64,000 nucleotides of DNA from an uncultured archaeon. Its GTDB lineage: Archaea > Asgardarchaeota > Lokiarchaeia > Sigyniarchaeales > SOKP01. The stretch spans positions 1-64,000 of the forward strand of contig CAZDTP010000017.1 in assembly GCA_964508365.1 (NCBI GenBank). Reading direction: 5' to 3'. Under the pieces are notes generated by a model. That model was not told the origin of the DNA. It ran no database searches and was given only the letters and a program-made list of their open reading frames with translations. A program made the translations under genes and the position numbers. The stretch's first letter is position 1. Every line of letters starts with the position of its first letter. Below, one piece after another: positions 49,212 through 58,631 of this stretch.

Positions 49212-50159
49212 ATGGAACTACAAGAGTATAAATGTGAAGTTCTAATAATAGGAGCAGGACCAGCGGGATTAAGTGCTGCTGTTTATTGCGGTAGAACAAA
49301 TAGAAATACGATTGTATTAGAAGGAAAAGAACCTTCCTCGCTAGCGAAGACGCAAGAGATTCATAATTGGCTAGGAGAAATTGATGTAACTGGATTGGGT
49401 CTTTTGGAAAAGTTTAAAAAGCACGCCGAAAGCTATGAAAGCGTTAGGATAATGAATGGAGATGTTATCGTATTAATGTTAGGGATGGGAACGAACATGA
49501 TTTCTACGAGAACGACAAACATCACTGCTGATGTTGTAGTTATTGCCACGGGCACAGGGAAACGAAAAGAAATCATAAAAGGGGAAGATACTTTACTTGG
49601 ATATGGAGTTTCCTACAGTGCATTATGGGATGGACCGTCATACAAAGATAAAGTAGTATATTTATACGGAAAAGACGAAGAAGTGATGGAAGACGCTTTG
49701 GCTCTAAATCAGATGGGATGTATAGTTCATGTTATTACTGATGTGGGAATTGAAGAACTACCTGAAAAGGTTTATGAAGTTATAGATACTGGAATTAAAG
49801 TTATTGAGAAGATGGAAGTAATTGAAGCAGTTCCAGCTTCGGAAGGTATGATTCAAAAAATATTATGTAAATCTACTGAGCCTGAATCAGAAGATATTGA
49901 AAAAATAGAAGAATTTGAATTAAGTTGTTTATTTATATTATCTCATATATTTTCTAATTCAATTTTTAAGAAAGCTGGGGTAGAATTAGATGATATGAGA
50001 AATATTAAAGTGGATGACGAACAAAAAACAAACCTTAAAGGAGTTTATGCTGCTGGTGATTGTACGGGAGGACTTTTTCAAGTAGTTTTTGCTGCAGCAG
50101 AAGGTGCACGAGCGGGAATAAATGCTTGCAAATATCTTCGTCAATTAAAGAAGGAGTAA
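49212..50159 (+). CDS. TrxB-like FAD oxidoreductase lacking the redox CxxC
   Basis: GAGPAG, ATG, GVYAAGD are present, but the sequence reads GVSYSALWDG where CxxCDG is expected, and there is no GGGxxA NADPH motif. Confidence 0.8.
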   Translation: MELQEYKCEVLIIGAGPAGLSAAVYCGRTNRNTIVLEGKEPSSLAKTQEIHNWLGEIDVTGLGLLEKFKKHAESYESVRIMNGDVIVLMLGMGTNMISTRTTNITADVVVIATGTGKRKEIIKGEDTLLGYGVSYSALWDGPSYKDKVVYLYGKDEEVMEDALALNQMGCIVHVITDVGIEELPEKVYEVIDTGIKVIEKMEVIEAVPASEGMIQKILCKSTEPESEDIEKIEEFELSCLFILSHIFSNSIFKKAGVELDDMRNIKVDDEQKTNLKGVYAAGDCTGGLFQVVFAAAEGARAGINACKYLRQLKKE

Positions 50160-50264
50160 AAACATAGAATTTAATTAATCAATATAAATCTAAAAAAAAT
50201 TTAAACTATTATTAAGATTATTATAAGTAATTTGAATAAAGCGACAAAATAATGGAGACTAAAA

Positions 50265-51209
50265 GTGTCTGATAAAAATGATTTTGACCTAATAATTATT
50301 GGTGGTGGACCTGCGGGATTAACAGCTGCAATTTATGGGGGAAGAATGGGTTTAAAGACTGCTCTTTATGAGGGTACAGGCTTTGGAGGTTTAGCCGGGA
50401 CAGCTCCCAAAATTGAAAATTATCCCGGATTTGAGAGTATCCACGGTCTTGAATTAACTGAAAAAATGAGGAAACAAGCTGAAAATTGGGGAGCTACCTT
50501 TTTTTACAATAAAGTCTCAGCAATTAATCCAAAAGAAATGACGGTAACTACACCTGAAGGTGATAAAAAAGCAAAAGCTATTATAATTGCTACTGGTTCG
50601 AAACATTTATCACTTGGATTGCCTAATGAATTTGATTTAATAGGTAACGGAATATCTTACTGTGCTACTTGCGATGGGCCTTTATTTCGAGATCAAGTAG
50701 TTGCTACGGTTGGTGGTAGTAATGCCGCTGGTCTAGAGGTAATTTATCTTTCAGGTGTAGCAAAAAAAGTTTACCTTATTCATAGACGTCACTGTATGCG
50801 AGCAGAAGCATGTATTGTAGATGAGGTTGATTCATTACCTAATGTTGTACCAATGTATAATTGCACTATTGAAGAAGCTATACCTAAAGATAACAAATTA
50901 GGAGAACTAAAAATTAAAAATATTGAAACTGGCGAAATAACCAATATAAGTGTAAATGCTCTTTTTATTGCTATAGGAGTTGAGCCACAGAGTGATTTAG
51001 CGAAGAAGGCAGGGATAGAACTTGATAAGGATAATAATATTAAAGTTGATAAAAATCAGGAGACAAACCTTCCTGGTATATATGCGGCAGGAGATGTAAC
51101 TGGTGGAATACGACAGGTAACCACTGCTACTGGTGAAGGGACCACAGCCGCTATGAATGCGTATCTTTTCATCAAACAAGGTTGGTATGGAGAAGGGTTA
51201 AAAAAATAA
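50265..51209 (+). CDS. trxB: Thioredoxin reductase
   Basis: GGGPAG, ENYPG, GISYCATCDG, GGSNAAG, IHRR, GIYAAGD. Confidence 0.92.
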   Translation: MSDKNDFDLIIIGGGPAGLTAAIYGGRMGLKTALYEGTGFGGLAGTAPKIENYPGFESIHGLELTEKMRKQAENWGATFFYNKVSAINPKEMTVTTPEGDKKAKAIIIATGSKHLSLGLPNEFDLIGNGISYCATCDGPLFRDQVVATVGGSNAAGLEVIYLSGVAKKVYLIHRRHCMRAEACIVDEVDSLPNVVPMYNCTIEEAIPKDNKLGELKIKNIETGEITNISVNALFIAIGVEPQSDLAKKAGIELDKDNNIKVDKNQETNLPGIYAAGDVTGGIRQVTTATGEGTTAAMNAYLFIKQGWYGEGLKK

Positions 51210-51218
51210 ATGCCTTTC

Positions 51219-51268
51219 TGATATTACCTGCATATTACATCGTATTATGTAATATCACGATGTTATAT
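51219..51268. repeat. Nested inverted-repeat array immediately upstream of xerA; 9-6-9 core ATATTACAT-CGTATT-ATGTAATAT at 51232-51255
   Basis: Four copies of ATATTAC(AT): + at 51221 and 51232, - at 51247 and 51260; also ATATTACATCGT/ACGATGTTATAT (11/12) and TGATATTAC/GTAATATCA inverted pairs. Confidence 0.8.
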
Positions 51269-51275
51269 TTTTATT

Positions 51276-52202
51276 ATGATAGAATACAAGGTTTCGGATT
51301 TCATCGACGATTTTTTAATTTCGAAGGAAGTAGAAGAAGGATGCGCACCATCAACGATAAAAGCATATCGATATGATCTTGAGAAATTTATTAGTCTCGT
51401 TGGTGATCTGAACCTTGAGTCGCCAATGCTTAGACAGCGGATTAGACTTTTTTTAAAACAACTTAAAGATTTAAATTACACAAAAAAAGGGATCAGCAGA
51501 AAAATCGCCTCTTTAAGGTCTTACTTTAAGTTTTTAACTTTAAATGAATTTATATCTAAAAATCCAATGACAACGATTAAATCTCCTAAAATTAAGATAG
51601 AGGAAAGTTTACCAAAATTCCTTAATGTTGCGGAAATTGAGGTAATTTTTAACAAGTTAAAAGATAAAAAACTGTTTAACTCCAAGAAGAGCCAGAGATA
51701 TTATTTAATTGTAAGATTACTTTATTCTACGATGGCTCGTGTTAGTGAGCTGTGCGACATCCAAATCAAAGATATTGATTTTAACAAAGGCTACATAAGA
51801 TTAAAAGGGAAAGGTAGTAAAGAGAGGATTGTTCCTGTGGATTATAACACATTAAATCTTTTCAACGAGTATCTAGAAAATCGAATATCTTACAACACCG
51901 AAGATTATCTTTTAGTCAATACACGATACCAAAAATTAAATCCCAGAGTAGTCCAAGTAGATATTAAAACAATTAAAGAGAAGTGCGGTTTCCCAGATTC
52001 AAAAATAATAACACCTCATGTCTTCAGACATACGGGTGCTACTCACCTAAGGCGTTCCGGAATGGATATTAGTGAATTACAAGACATACTGGGGCACAGC
52101 TCTCCAAATACAACAAGAATCTACGCAAAGAACGATATCACTCAACTAAGGCAGTCTTATTCGAAAATGCATCCTTTAAACAATAGCGATTTAAATCTAT
52201 AA
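51276..52202 (+). CDS. xerA: Xer-family tyrosine recombinase
   Basis: Core-binding domain (STIKAYRYDL..RKIASLRSYFKF); catalytic R (ARVSEL), K (KGKGSKER), HxxR (HVFRH), H (LGHS), Y (TRIY). Confidence 0.92.
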   Translation: MIEYKVSDFIDDFLISKEVEEGCAPSTIKAYRYDLEKFISLVGDLNLESPMLRQRIRLFLKQLKDLNYTKKGISRKIASLRSYFKFLTLNEFISKNPMTTIKSPKIKIEESLPKFLNVAEIEVIFNKLKDKKLFNSKKSQRYYLIVRLLYSTMARVSELCDIQIKDIDFNKGYIRLKGKGSKERIVPVDYNTLNLFNEYLENRISYNTEDYLLVNTRYQKLNPRVVQVDIKTIKEKCGFPDSKIITPHVFRHTGATHLRRSGMDISELQDILGHSSPNTTRIYAKNDITQLRQSYSKMHPLNNSDLNL

Positions 52203-52219
52203 CTACAAGTTTAAAATTG

Positions 52220-52325
52220 ATTACTTATATATCATTATAGGGGATATTTCTAATAATCCTCTAGGAAAAAGTCAAAAGTATAAGAAAGTTTAAACTTAAT
52301 TTGTTCTATAATTACTTATATATCA
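52220..52325. repeat. Two exact 15-bp direct repeats ATTACTTATATATCA (52220-52234 and 52311-52325) between xerA and cdc6
   Basis: Read directly from the sequence; 91-bp period; each copy contains a TATA-like core. Confidence 0.75.
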
Positions 52326-52354
52326 CGAAAATTATAAATAAAAGTCGGCTAATC

Positions 52355-53545
52355 ATGGACGAGGAAGAATTTAGAAAGCAATTCATGACAAAATCGGTAT
52401 TCAATCAAGCTAATTCGCTTGACCTGAGTTATGTTCCTGAAAAATTATATTGTCGTGACGAAGCTATTAGGAACCTTATTCTTAACTTTAGACGGATTCT
52501 TGAAGAAGAAGAACAACCGTCCGTGAATTGTATAATTTTAGGTAAGGGGGGAGTTGGAAAAACGTGTACCGCAAGATATTTTGGTAGAAACTTTAAAACA
52601 ATAGCGTTAGAAAAAGATGTAGATGTTTTTATTGAATATTACAACTGCATAAATTTCCGCTCCAAAAGTAAAATCATTCGCGAATTGTTAGCAAAGTATA
52701 CTCATGGTAGTGGTAGAGGATTCTCGGACGACGAAGCACTAAAGCTTATTTTAAAACAACTAATCCGAGAAAAAGGATATATGTTACTAATAATAGACGA
52801 AGTACATTTATTAAGATCTGAGGAAGTTTTAGCATTTTTAGATATCGCTGAAACCTATGGACATCAAAATGCGAAACTCTCTATAATTTTAATCTCCAGA
52901 AACAAAGATTGGATGACAATAGAAACTGAAAGGATTTTAAGTAGGTTAAACGAGAAAATTAGGCTCAAACCCTATAATTACGACGAAGCGAAAAAAATCC
53001 TAGAATATAGAAGTGAACTTGCATTTAAAGAATACGTTGTGGATGATGACATTTTGAGTATGATTAGTCAGATAGTTACAGATCACGAAAATATTCGTCA
53101 CGGAATAGAAATCTTAAGAAAAAGTGGATTATATGCCGATAGAGAAAAGTTAGATAGAGTAAACGCTGATATAATTAGAGCTGCCTCTAATGAAGTTTAT
53201 CCCACATTTAGAGGAGAGATCGTAGACCAATTAAACGATCAAGAACTACTTGCTCTCTTTGGAATTGCACGATCATTAATAAATAAAGACGAGCCATTTA
53301 CTCTAGTTGATGACGCTTTTGAAGAGTATCAGATAATAAGCGAGACTTACTCAATAGAACCACATGTGAAGATGAGTTTTCGTAAATATATCAGAACTCT
53401 TAATCAATTGAAAATCATAGCATCTAAAACCGTCAGAATCGAAGAAGCAGAAAGAGGCAGACACCTCGAAATTACACTATTAGATATACCCGCCCTGAAA
53501 TTGGAAGAGTTTTTAATTGAGATTTTTAACAAGAAATTTAGCTAA
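52355..53545 (+). CDS. cdc6: Cdc6/Orc1 replication initiator (AAA+ plus winged helix)
   Basis: YVPEKLYCRD, Walker A GKGGVGKT, YYNC, Walker B IIDEVH, ILSRL; ATG 52355 preferred over track start 52301. Confidence 0.92.
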   Translation: MDEEEFRKQFMTKSVFNQANSLDLSYVPEKLYCRDEAIRNLILNFRRILEEEEQPSVNCIILGKGGVGKTCTARYFGRNFKTIALEKDVDVFIEYYNCINFRSKSKIIRELLAKYTHGSGRGFSDDEALKLILKQLIREKGYMLLIIDEVHLLRSEEVLAFLDIAETYGHQNAKLSIILISRNKDWMTIETERILSRLNEKIRLKPYNYDEAKKILEYRSELAFKEYVVDDDILSMISQIVTDHENIRHGIEILRKSGLYADREKLDRVNADIIRAASNEVYPTFRGEIVDQLNDQELLALFGIARSLINKDEPFTLVDDAFEEYQIISETYSIEPHVKMSFRKYIRTLNQLKIIASKTVRIEEAERGRHLEITLLDIPALKLEEFLIEIFNKKFS

Positions 53546-53735
53546 AAAATAGTATTACTCTATTAACTTCATTTTTCAAAAATTTATACTTAAGAGATTA
53601 TATATAGTTATCAGAAGAAATTAAAAAAGTATTTAATTCAATATCTTAAGGGATAATAAGAAAAATCCGGTGTTCTGAGAAGAATTTAAACTAAATCAAA
53701 AGGATGATAGACTGGATAAAGTGATTAGTATTTAA

Positions 53736-53966
53736 TCAGTAATTCTTTTTTTCATCCTTACTTTTACTATACCAATCAAGCCAATCCTTTCGGCGGTTTT
53801 TTGCTTTCTGAACTTCATCTGCATCTGATCCCCGTTCATCTCGTATGCGATACCAATAACGATCTAATTCACTTCGAGTTAACGATAATCCGCACGAACT
53901 ACATACCATCAGACGATTGTCAGGATTGTATTTCATATTACCTGCGCATTCTGGACATCGTGCCAT
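53736..53966 (-). CDS. Small zinc-ribbon protein (archaeal hypothetical)
   Basis: CPECAG..MVCSSCG followed by a helical tail. Confidence 0.7.
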   Translation of the reverse strand: MARCPECAGNMKYNPDNRLMVCSSCGLSLTRSELDRYWYRIRDERGSDADEVQKAKNRRKDWLDWYSKSKDEKKNY

Positions 53967-54124
53967 AGTTTTCAGAGTAAAGTATATTTTTATTTTTCTT
54001 ATCTCTAATTATTATAGAATTATACACAGTTAAAATAATTACTGCATGTTAGATAAACTCCAAATTTATTTTTAATGCTGTATTACTTTATAATAGTTGA
54101 CAATTAACTCAATAACTAATTTTA

Positions 54125-55363
54125 ATGAGAAATATGAAATCAGACGTATATTTTTTTACGGCAAGAACCTTTCACCACAAAGAAAGTTTAAGCAGATTTA
54201 AGGGTCCTTTGGCTCTGGAAAAAATGGGATTTAATAAAAAAGTCCAGAAAGGAGATAATGTAGTAATAAAGACACATTTTGGTGCTTTAGAAAATGTTCG
54301 ATACCTACGCCCTAGTTACATTAGATTTTTGTGTGATTATGTGAAAAGTATAGGAGCAGTACCATCTGTAGCAGAATCTTGTGGATGGGGGGCTCCAGAA
54401 GAATTTACGGGCATTCATACTGAATACAGTGGTCGTGCTACTGAAGACGAATATTTGGAAACTGCTAAAATCCATGGTTTTACAGACGAAACCATGGGAG
54501 CAAAACTGCTAATGCTAGATGGACGCGTTGGTACAGATATAATAAAACAAGCTGTTAATGGGAAGCGATTTAATGAAGTTTTGGTTGCGGGGAGGTTGAA
54601 GGAATTCGATTATATGATCTTAGCGACTCATTTTAAAGGTCACGGGAGTACTGGTTTTGGTGGTGCAATTAAAAATCTTGGGATTGGATGTGTAAGCAAG
54701 GGTGGAAAGGTTCAAGCACATAAGGGAAAAAAATTCGAATTTAATTTTGAAGCACCGATTTCTGATTACGAAGCTTGTTTAAAGATTTGCCCAACAAATG
54801 CACTTAGAGAAAGTCCAGATGGGAAATTAATCAGAGACGAAGAGAAATGTAGATTTTGTTACATGTGTAAATCTGTCTGCAAAAACAATGTTATAGATAC
54901 CGGATCATCAACTCAAGAAGAATTTATTACACAAATGGTTGATAATGCCGCAGGAGTAGTGGACTATTTCGGTAAAGATAAAATATTTTACCTTAATTAT
55001 GTAATAGATGTTACTTGGCAATGTGACTGTACAGGTGGCTCAGATATCCCCTTTGTAAGCGATATTGGTATTTTATCCTCGTTAGATCCCGTAGCTGTAG
55101 ATCAATCAGCTGTGGATTTAATCCACTTATCGATGATGAATCCTCACTCAATTTTAGGGAACATTAGCAATATTTCTAAAGAAAAATCAAATGATTGGTT
55201 ATCTTATATACCTAGATTTGATCCAGAAACAAATGAGTTGGATTTAAATCCCGATGGAAATAAATCTAGACATTGGGAAATACAATTAAATGTGGCTGAA
55301 GAACTAGGTCTCGGTACGAGAGATTATCATTTAGTCGAAGTGAAAGTAGAAGGGAAGAAATAG
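54125..55363 (+). CDS. DUF362-family Fe-S protein with ferredoxin domain
   Basis: VVIKTHFG, THFKGH..TGFGGAIKNLGIGC, CRFCYMCKSVC, QCDC, SLDPVAVDQ. Confidence 0.85.
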   Translation: MRNMKSDVYFFTARTFHHKESLSRFKGPLALEKMGFNKKVQKGDNVVIKTHFGALENVRYLRPSYIRFLCDYVKSIGAVPSVAESCGWGAPEEFTGIHTEYSGRATEDEYLETAKIHGFTDETMGAKLLMLDGRVGTDIIKQAVNGKRFNEVLVAGRLKEFDYMILATHFKGHGSTGFGGAIKNLGIGCVSKGGKVQAHKGKKFEFNFEAPISDYEACLKICPTNALRESPDGKLIRDEEKCRFCYMCKSVCKNNVIDTGSSTQEEFITQMVDNAAGVVDYFGKDKIFYLNYVIDVTWQCDCTGGSDIPFVSDIGILSSLDPVAVDQSAVDLIHLSMMNPHSILGNISNISKEKSNDWLSYIPRFDPETNELDLNPDGNKSRHWEIQLNVAEELGLGTRDYHLVEVKVEGKK

Positions 55364-55509
55364 GATCTACTTCCATCTTTATTTTTGATGCTTATTTGAG
55401 ATATCTTTCCTCTAATTCTAATATTCACCAATAAACAATATTTTATAAATCCAGTTAATTTATATTATGAAAATAATTAAATTTACTCATTACCTTTAAA
55501 GGTTTTATA

Positions 55510-57240
55510 ATGAAGCCACTTTTAACTTTAGAAGAAGTAAGAGATGCCTTGATTGGAAGGGATTTTACATTTCAAACTCCTTATGGAATGCGCTTGCTTA
55601 CGTATGCGGATTACACGGCATCTGGAAGATCACTTAGATTTATTGAAAAGTATTTAATAAAGATTCAAAGGGAATATGCCAATACGCATACGGAAGACGA
55701 TGTAACGGGTCGTCATATGACAAATCTCTTTCATCAAGCAGAAAAAATTATAAAAAAAGCTTTTAATGCCGAATCTAACTGTCGAATTATCGCAATTGGT
55801 ACTGGTGCAACAGGTGCGATAACCAAATTCCAAGAGATTATAGGTATCCGTTTACCACCAGCAACAAAAAAATTATTACAACAGTTGATGGATAAATCCT
55901 TAGAAGAAAAGGGTTTAGATCAAGCTTTAAGAAAAACATATGAAAAAGAGATCAACCGGTTAAAGCCTGTTGTTTTCATTGGTCCTTACGAACATCATTC
56001 TAACGACATAATGTGGCGGGAAGCTATCGCAGAAGTAGTGTACATACAACTCAATCCTGATGGATACATTGATTTAAAAGATTTAGAAAACCAAGTTTCA
56101 GACCCAAAGTATAAAGAAAGATTAAAAATAGGATCTTTTTCAGCAGCATCAAACATTACAGGAGTTAAATCACCCGTTTACGAAATTGCTCGTATAATGC
56201 ATAAATATGGGGGATTAGTGTGTTTCGACTACGCTGCGAGTGCTCCATATGTAAAAATCAATATGAATAATGACTCCGACACATTTTTCGATGCAATATT
56301 TATATCGCCTCATAAATTCGTAGGAGGGCCAGGATCATCCGGAATTTTAGTATTCAACGAAAGAATTTATGATCAATCGCTCTCTCCAACCGCTCCTGGA
56401 GGAGGAACTGTTGATTTTGTAAGCATGACTACAGTCGATTATTCTGAAGATATAGAAATTAGAGAAATGTCGGGTACTCCAGGAGTTTTACAAACTATTA
56501 AAGCAGCTTTAGTAATAGATTTAAAAGACGCTCTTGGAATAGAAATCATCGCCTCTAAAGAAAGAGAATATACAACTCGCGCTCTGGAGCAGTTATCTAA
56601 ATATCCAAATATCGAAATTTTAGGTCCCAACGATCCAAAAAACCGGATATCTATTGTGTCCTTTATGATAAAACATGGAGATAAAAAGTTACACCCTAAA
56701 TTCATTACTAAACTTCTTAACGATTTGTTTGGAATTCAAAGTCGAGCCGGTTGTATGTGTGCAGGACCCTATGGGCATCTATTGCTCCAAATTAGTGAAG
56801 AAAAATCACACCAATTTCGCAAAATTACCCAACAAGGTAAATTAGGAATTAAACCGGGTTGGTGCCGCGTTAATTTCCACTATTTATTTTCAGAATTAGA
56901 ATTTCAATTTGTTTGCCAATCGATAGAGTTTATTGCAGAGTATGGGTATCTCTTTCTAAAGCATTACTCTTTTAATATCAATACGGGAGAATGGGTCCAC
57001 ATTAATTTCAAAGACATTCACTTATCCAGTAAACCGGATATTAGAACAGTCTTATCCACAAATTTACATAACTGTTTTGAAGAAGAAGTTATTGATCAAA
57101 AAAAAGAATTCACTAAATATCTACAGTACGCAAAGGATTTAGTTCATAATATTGAAATAGAAGAAGAGTATCTTCAATTTGAGGATTCTGAAACTGAAAA
57201 ACTAAGATGGTTTAATTTTTCGCATGTATGGAAAGATTGA
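55510..57240 (+). CDS. PLP-dependent aminotransferase class V (cysteine-desulfurase-like)
   Basis: YADYTASGR, EHHSN, ASNITG, FDYAAS, SPHKFVGGPG, RAGCMCAGPY. Confidence 0.85.
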   Translation: MKPLLTLEEVRDALIGRDFTFQTPYGMRLLTYADYTASGRSLRFIEKYLIKIQREYANTHTEDDVTGRHMTNLFHQAEKIIKKAFNAESNCRIIAIGTGATGAITKFQEIIGIRLPPATKKLLQQLMDKSLEEKGLDQALRKTYEKEINRLKPVVFIGPYEHHSNDIMWREAIAEVVYIQLNPDGYIDLKDLENQVSDPKYKERLKIGSFSAASNITGVKSPVYEIARIMHKYGGLVCFDYAASAPYVKINMNNDSDTFFDAIFISPHKFVGGPGSSGILVFNERIYDQSLSPTAPGGGTVDFVSMTTVDYSEDIEIREMSGTPGVLQTIKAALVIDLKDALGIEIIASKEREYTTRALEQLSKYPNIEILGPNDPKNRISIVSFMIKHGDKKLHPKFITKLLNDLFGIQSRAGCMCAGPYGHLLLQISEEKSHQFRKITQQGKLGIKPGWCRVNFHYLFSELEFQFVCQSIEFIAEYGYLFLKHYSFNINTGEWVHINFKDIHLSSKPDIRTVLSTNLHNCFEEEVIDQKKEFTKYLQYAKDLVHNIEIEEEYLQFEDSETEKLRWFNFSHVWKD

Positions 57241-57290
57241 GAAGAATATTCGGATCGTATAGACCTTAAATAATAATAAGATAAAAAAAA

Positions 57291-58631
57291 TTAAGATGAT
57301 ACATTTAGATTCTTAAATGCCATATAAGGAAATAGAGTATTTTCAGTAAATTCTCGTTCTTTAGAGATATATACGCAATTTTTCACCATTTCAAGGACAT
57401 TACCACTAACATTTCCAAGTTTAATTGGATTTTGGAACTCCCCATTTTTAATGTAATAACCACTTCTTATTTCTGCTCCAAAATTACCCGAGACCTCATC
57501 TGGATTTAACCATGAAAACTTGTCTATGTAATAGCCTTCCTTAATATCCGATAACATATCATTAAAAGATATGTCTCCCGGGAGTATTTTAAAATTACTT
57601 ATCCCGTTAACAATCGTGCCGCTTTCTGCCCGTATTGCGTTTCCCGTTGATTGTTTCTCTTCCAGCATTGCGTACATTTGATCGTATAATCTATTCTGAA
57701 AAACACCATTCTTTATAACTTCTGTTAACTGATGAGGATTTCCTTCTGAATCCCATGAATTAGAGCTCAGACCGCCTTCTAATAATCCATCATCAAGAAT
57801 AGTAATGTTTTCGCTTGCTACTACATCCTCGATGTTGAAACGTGAAATTTTTTCAGCATGAGCTTGACCAAGTGCATGAACTCCAATGACAGGATTAATA
57901 GCCTGTTTTAAAACGCTTGGAGAAAAAATAACAAGGGCGTTATCAGAAGATATAGGTTCTACTGCTCTAAGCGTATTCTTAGCTCTTTTAGCCCAACTAG
58001 ATACTCTCTCGTTTAAATTTAGGTGTTCTTTTTCTTTGTAATATCCGCAATCCCAGAATTCAGATAATTTATCATTTTCTTGCGCCTTTAAGGAAAATTC
58101 CATAAAAAAGTAGGTTTTTCTCGCTTCTAACTTCAACTCATTGCTATTTCTCAAAAAACTATGATTGCTGTGTATCCTAAATCGCAAGAATGTAGGTAAT
58201 ACATCTTTTTGTTGATTCACTTCAGATATTAGAACTTCTGCTAAATCCTTCTTAATCTTTAGAGGATCGCTTAATATACTTTTATCAGCCGTATTGATAG
58301 GGGAAATATTTACTTTCGAAGGAAAATCGTACTTAGAACTTGAATTTATTTTTGATAGTAGGACACATGTATCGATGTTTTTTTCGATTTGGTTAGTCTC
58401 AAGTGAATTCCCTTTAACCACGCCTATACCCGTTTTATTTTCCTTTTGAGTAAGAATCCTTATAAAATATTCAAAATCACTTATCTCGCGCTCGTTCTCA
58501 GTCTTATCCTTTAAAAAAATAGTTTCATAGAGACTCTTTTCGACGAAGAATATCTCAAATTCTTGGATTTTCTTCGATTTTAAAATTGCTTCGATTCTAT
58601 CTAACCGTTCAGTTGACATTTCTTCATTCAC
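57291..58631 (-). CDS. pmbA: TldE/PmbA family protein
   Basis: DDGLLEGG..DSEG, STGNAIR, GNFG, GNVSGNVLEM; no HExxxH; overlaps tldD by 4 nt. Confidence 0.85.
   Translation of the reverse strand: MNEEMSTERLDRIEAILKSKKIQEFEIFFVEKSLYETIFLKDKTENEREISDFEYFIRILTQKENKTGIGVVKGNSLETNQIEKNIDTCVLLSKINSSSKYDFPSKVNISPINTADKSILSDPLKIKKDLAEVLISEVNQQKDVLPTFLRFRIHSNHSFLRNSNELKLEARKTYFFMEFSLKAQENDKLSEFWDCGYYKEKEHLNLNERVSSWAKRAKNTLRAVEPISSDNALVIFSPSVLKQAINPVIGVHALGQAHAEKISRFNIEDVVASENITILDDGLLEGGLSSNSWDSEGNPHQLTEVIKNGVFQNRLYDQMYAMLEEKQSTGNAIRAESGTIVNGISNFKILPGDISFNDMLSDIKEGYYIDKFSWLNPDEVSGNFGAEIRSGYYIKNGEFQNPIKLGNVSGNVLEMVKNCVYISKEREFTENTLFPYMAFKNLNVSS

Noticed and set aside
51276-53545. xer + cdc6 as an integrated mobile element (integrase plus its own replication initiator)
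   Set aside because: No att duplication, tRNA target, composition shift or cargo; the flanks are housekeeping genes and the recombinase looks like a typical chromosomal XerA
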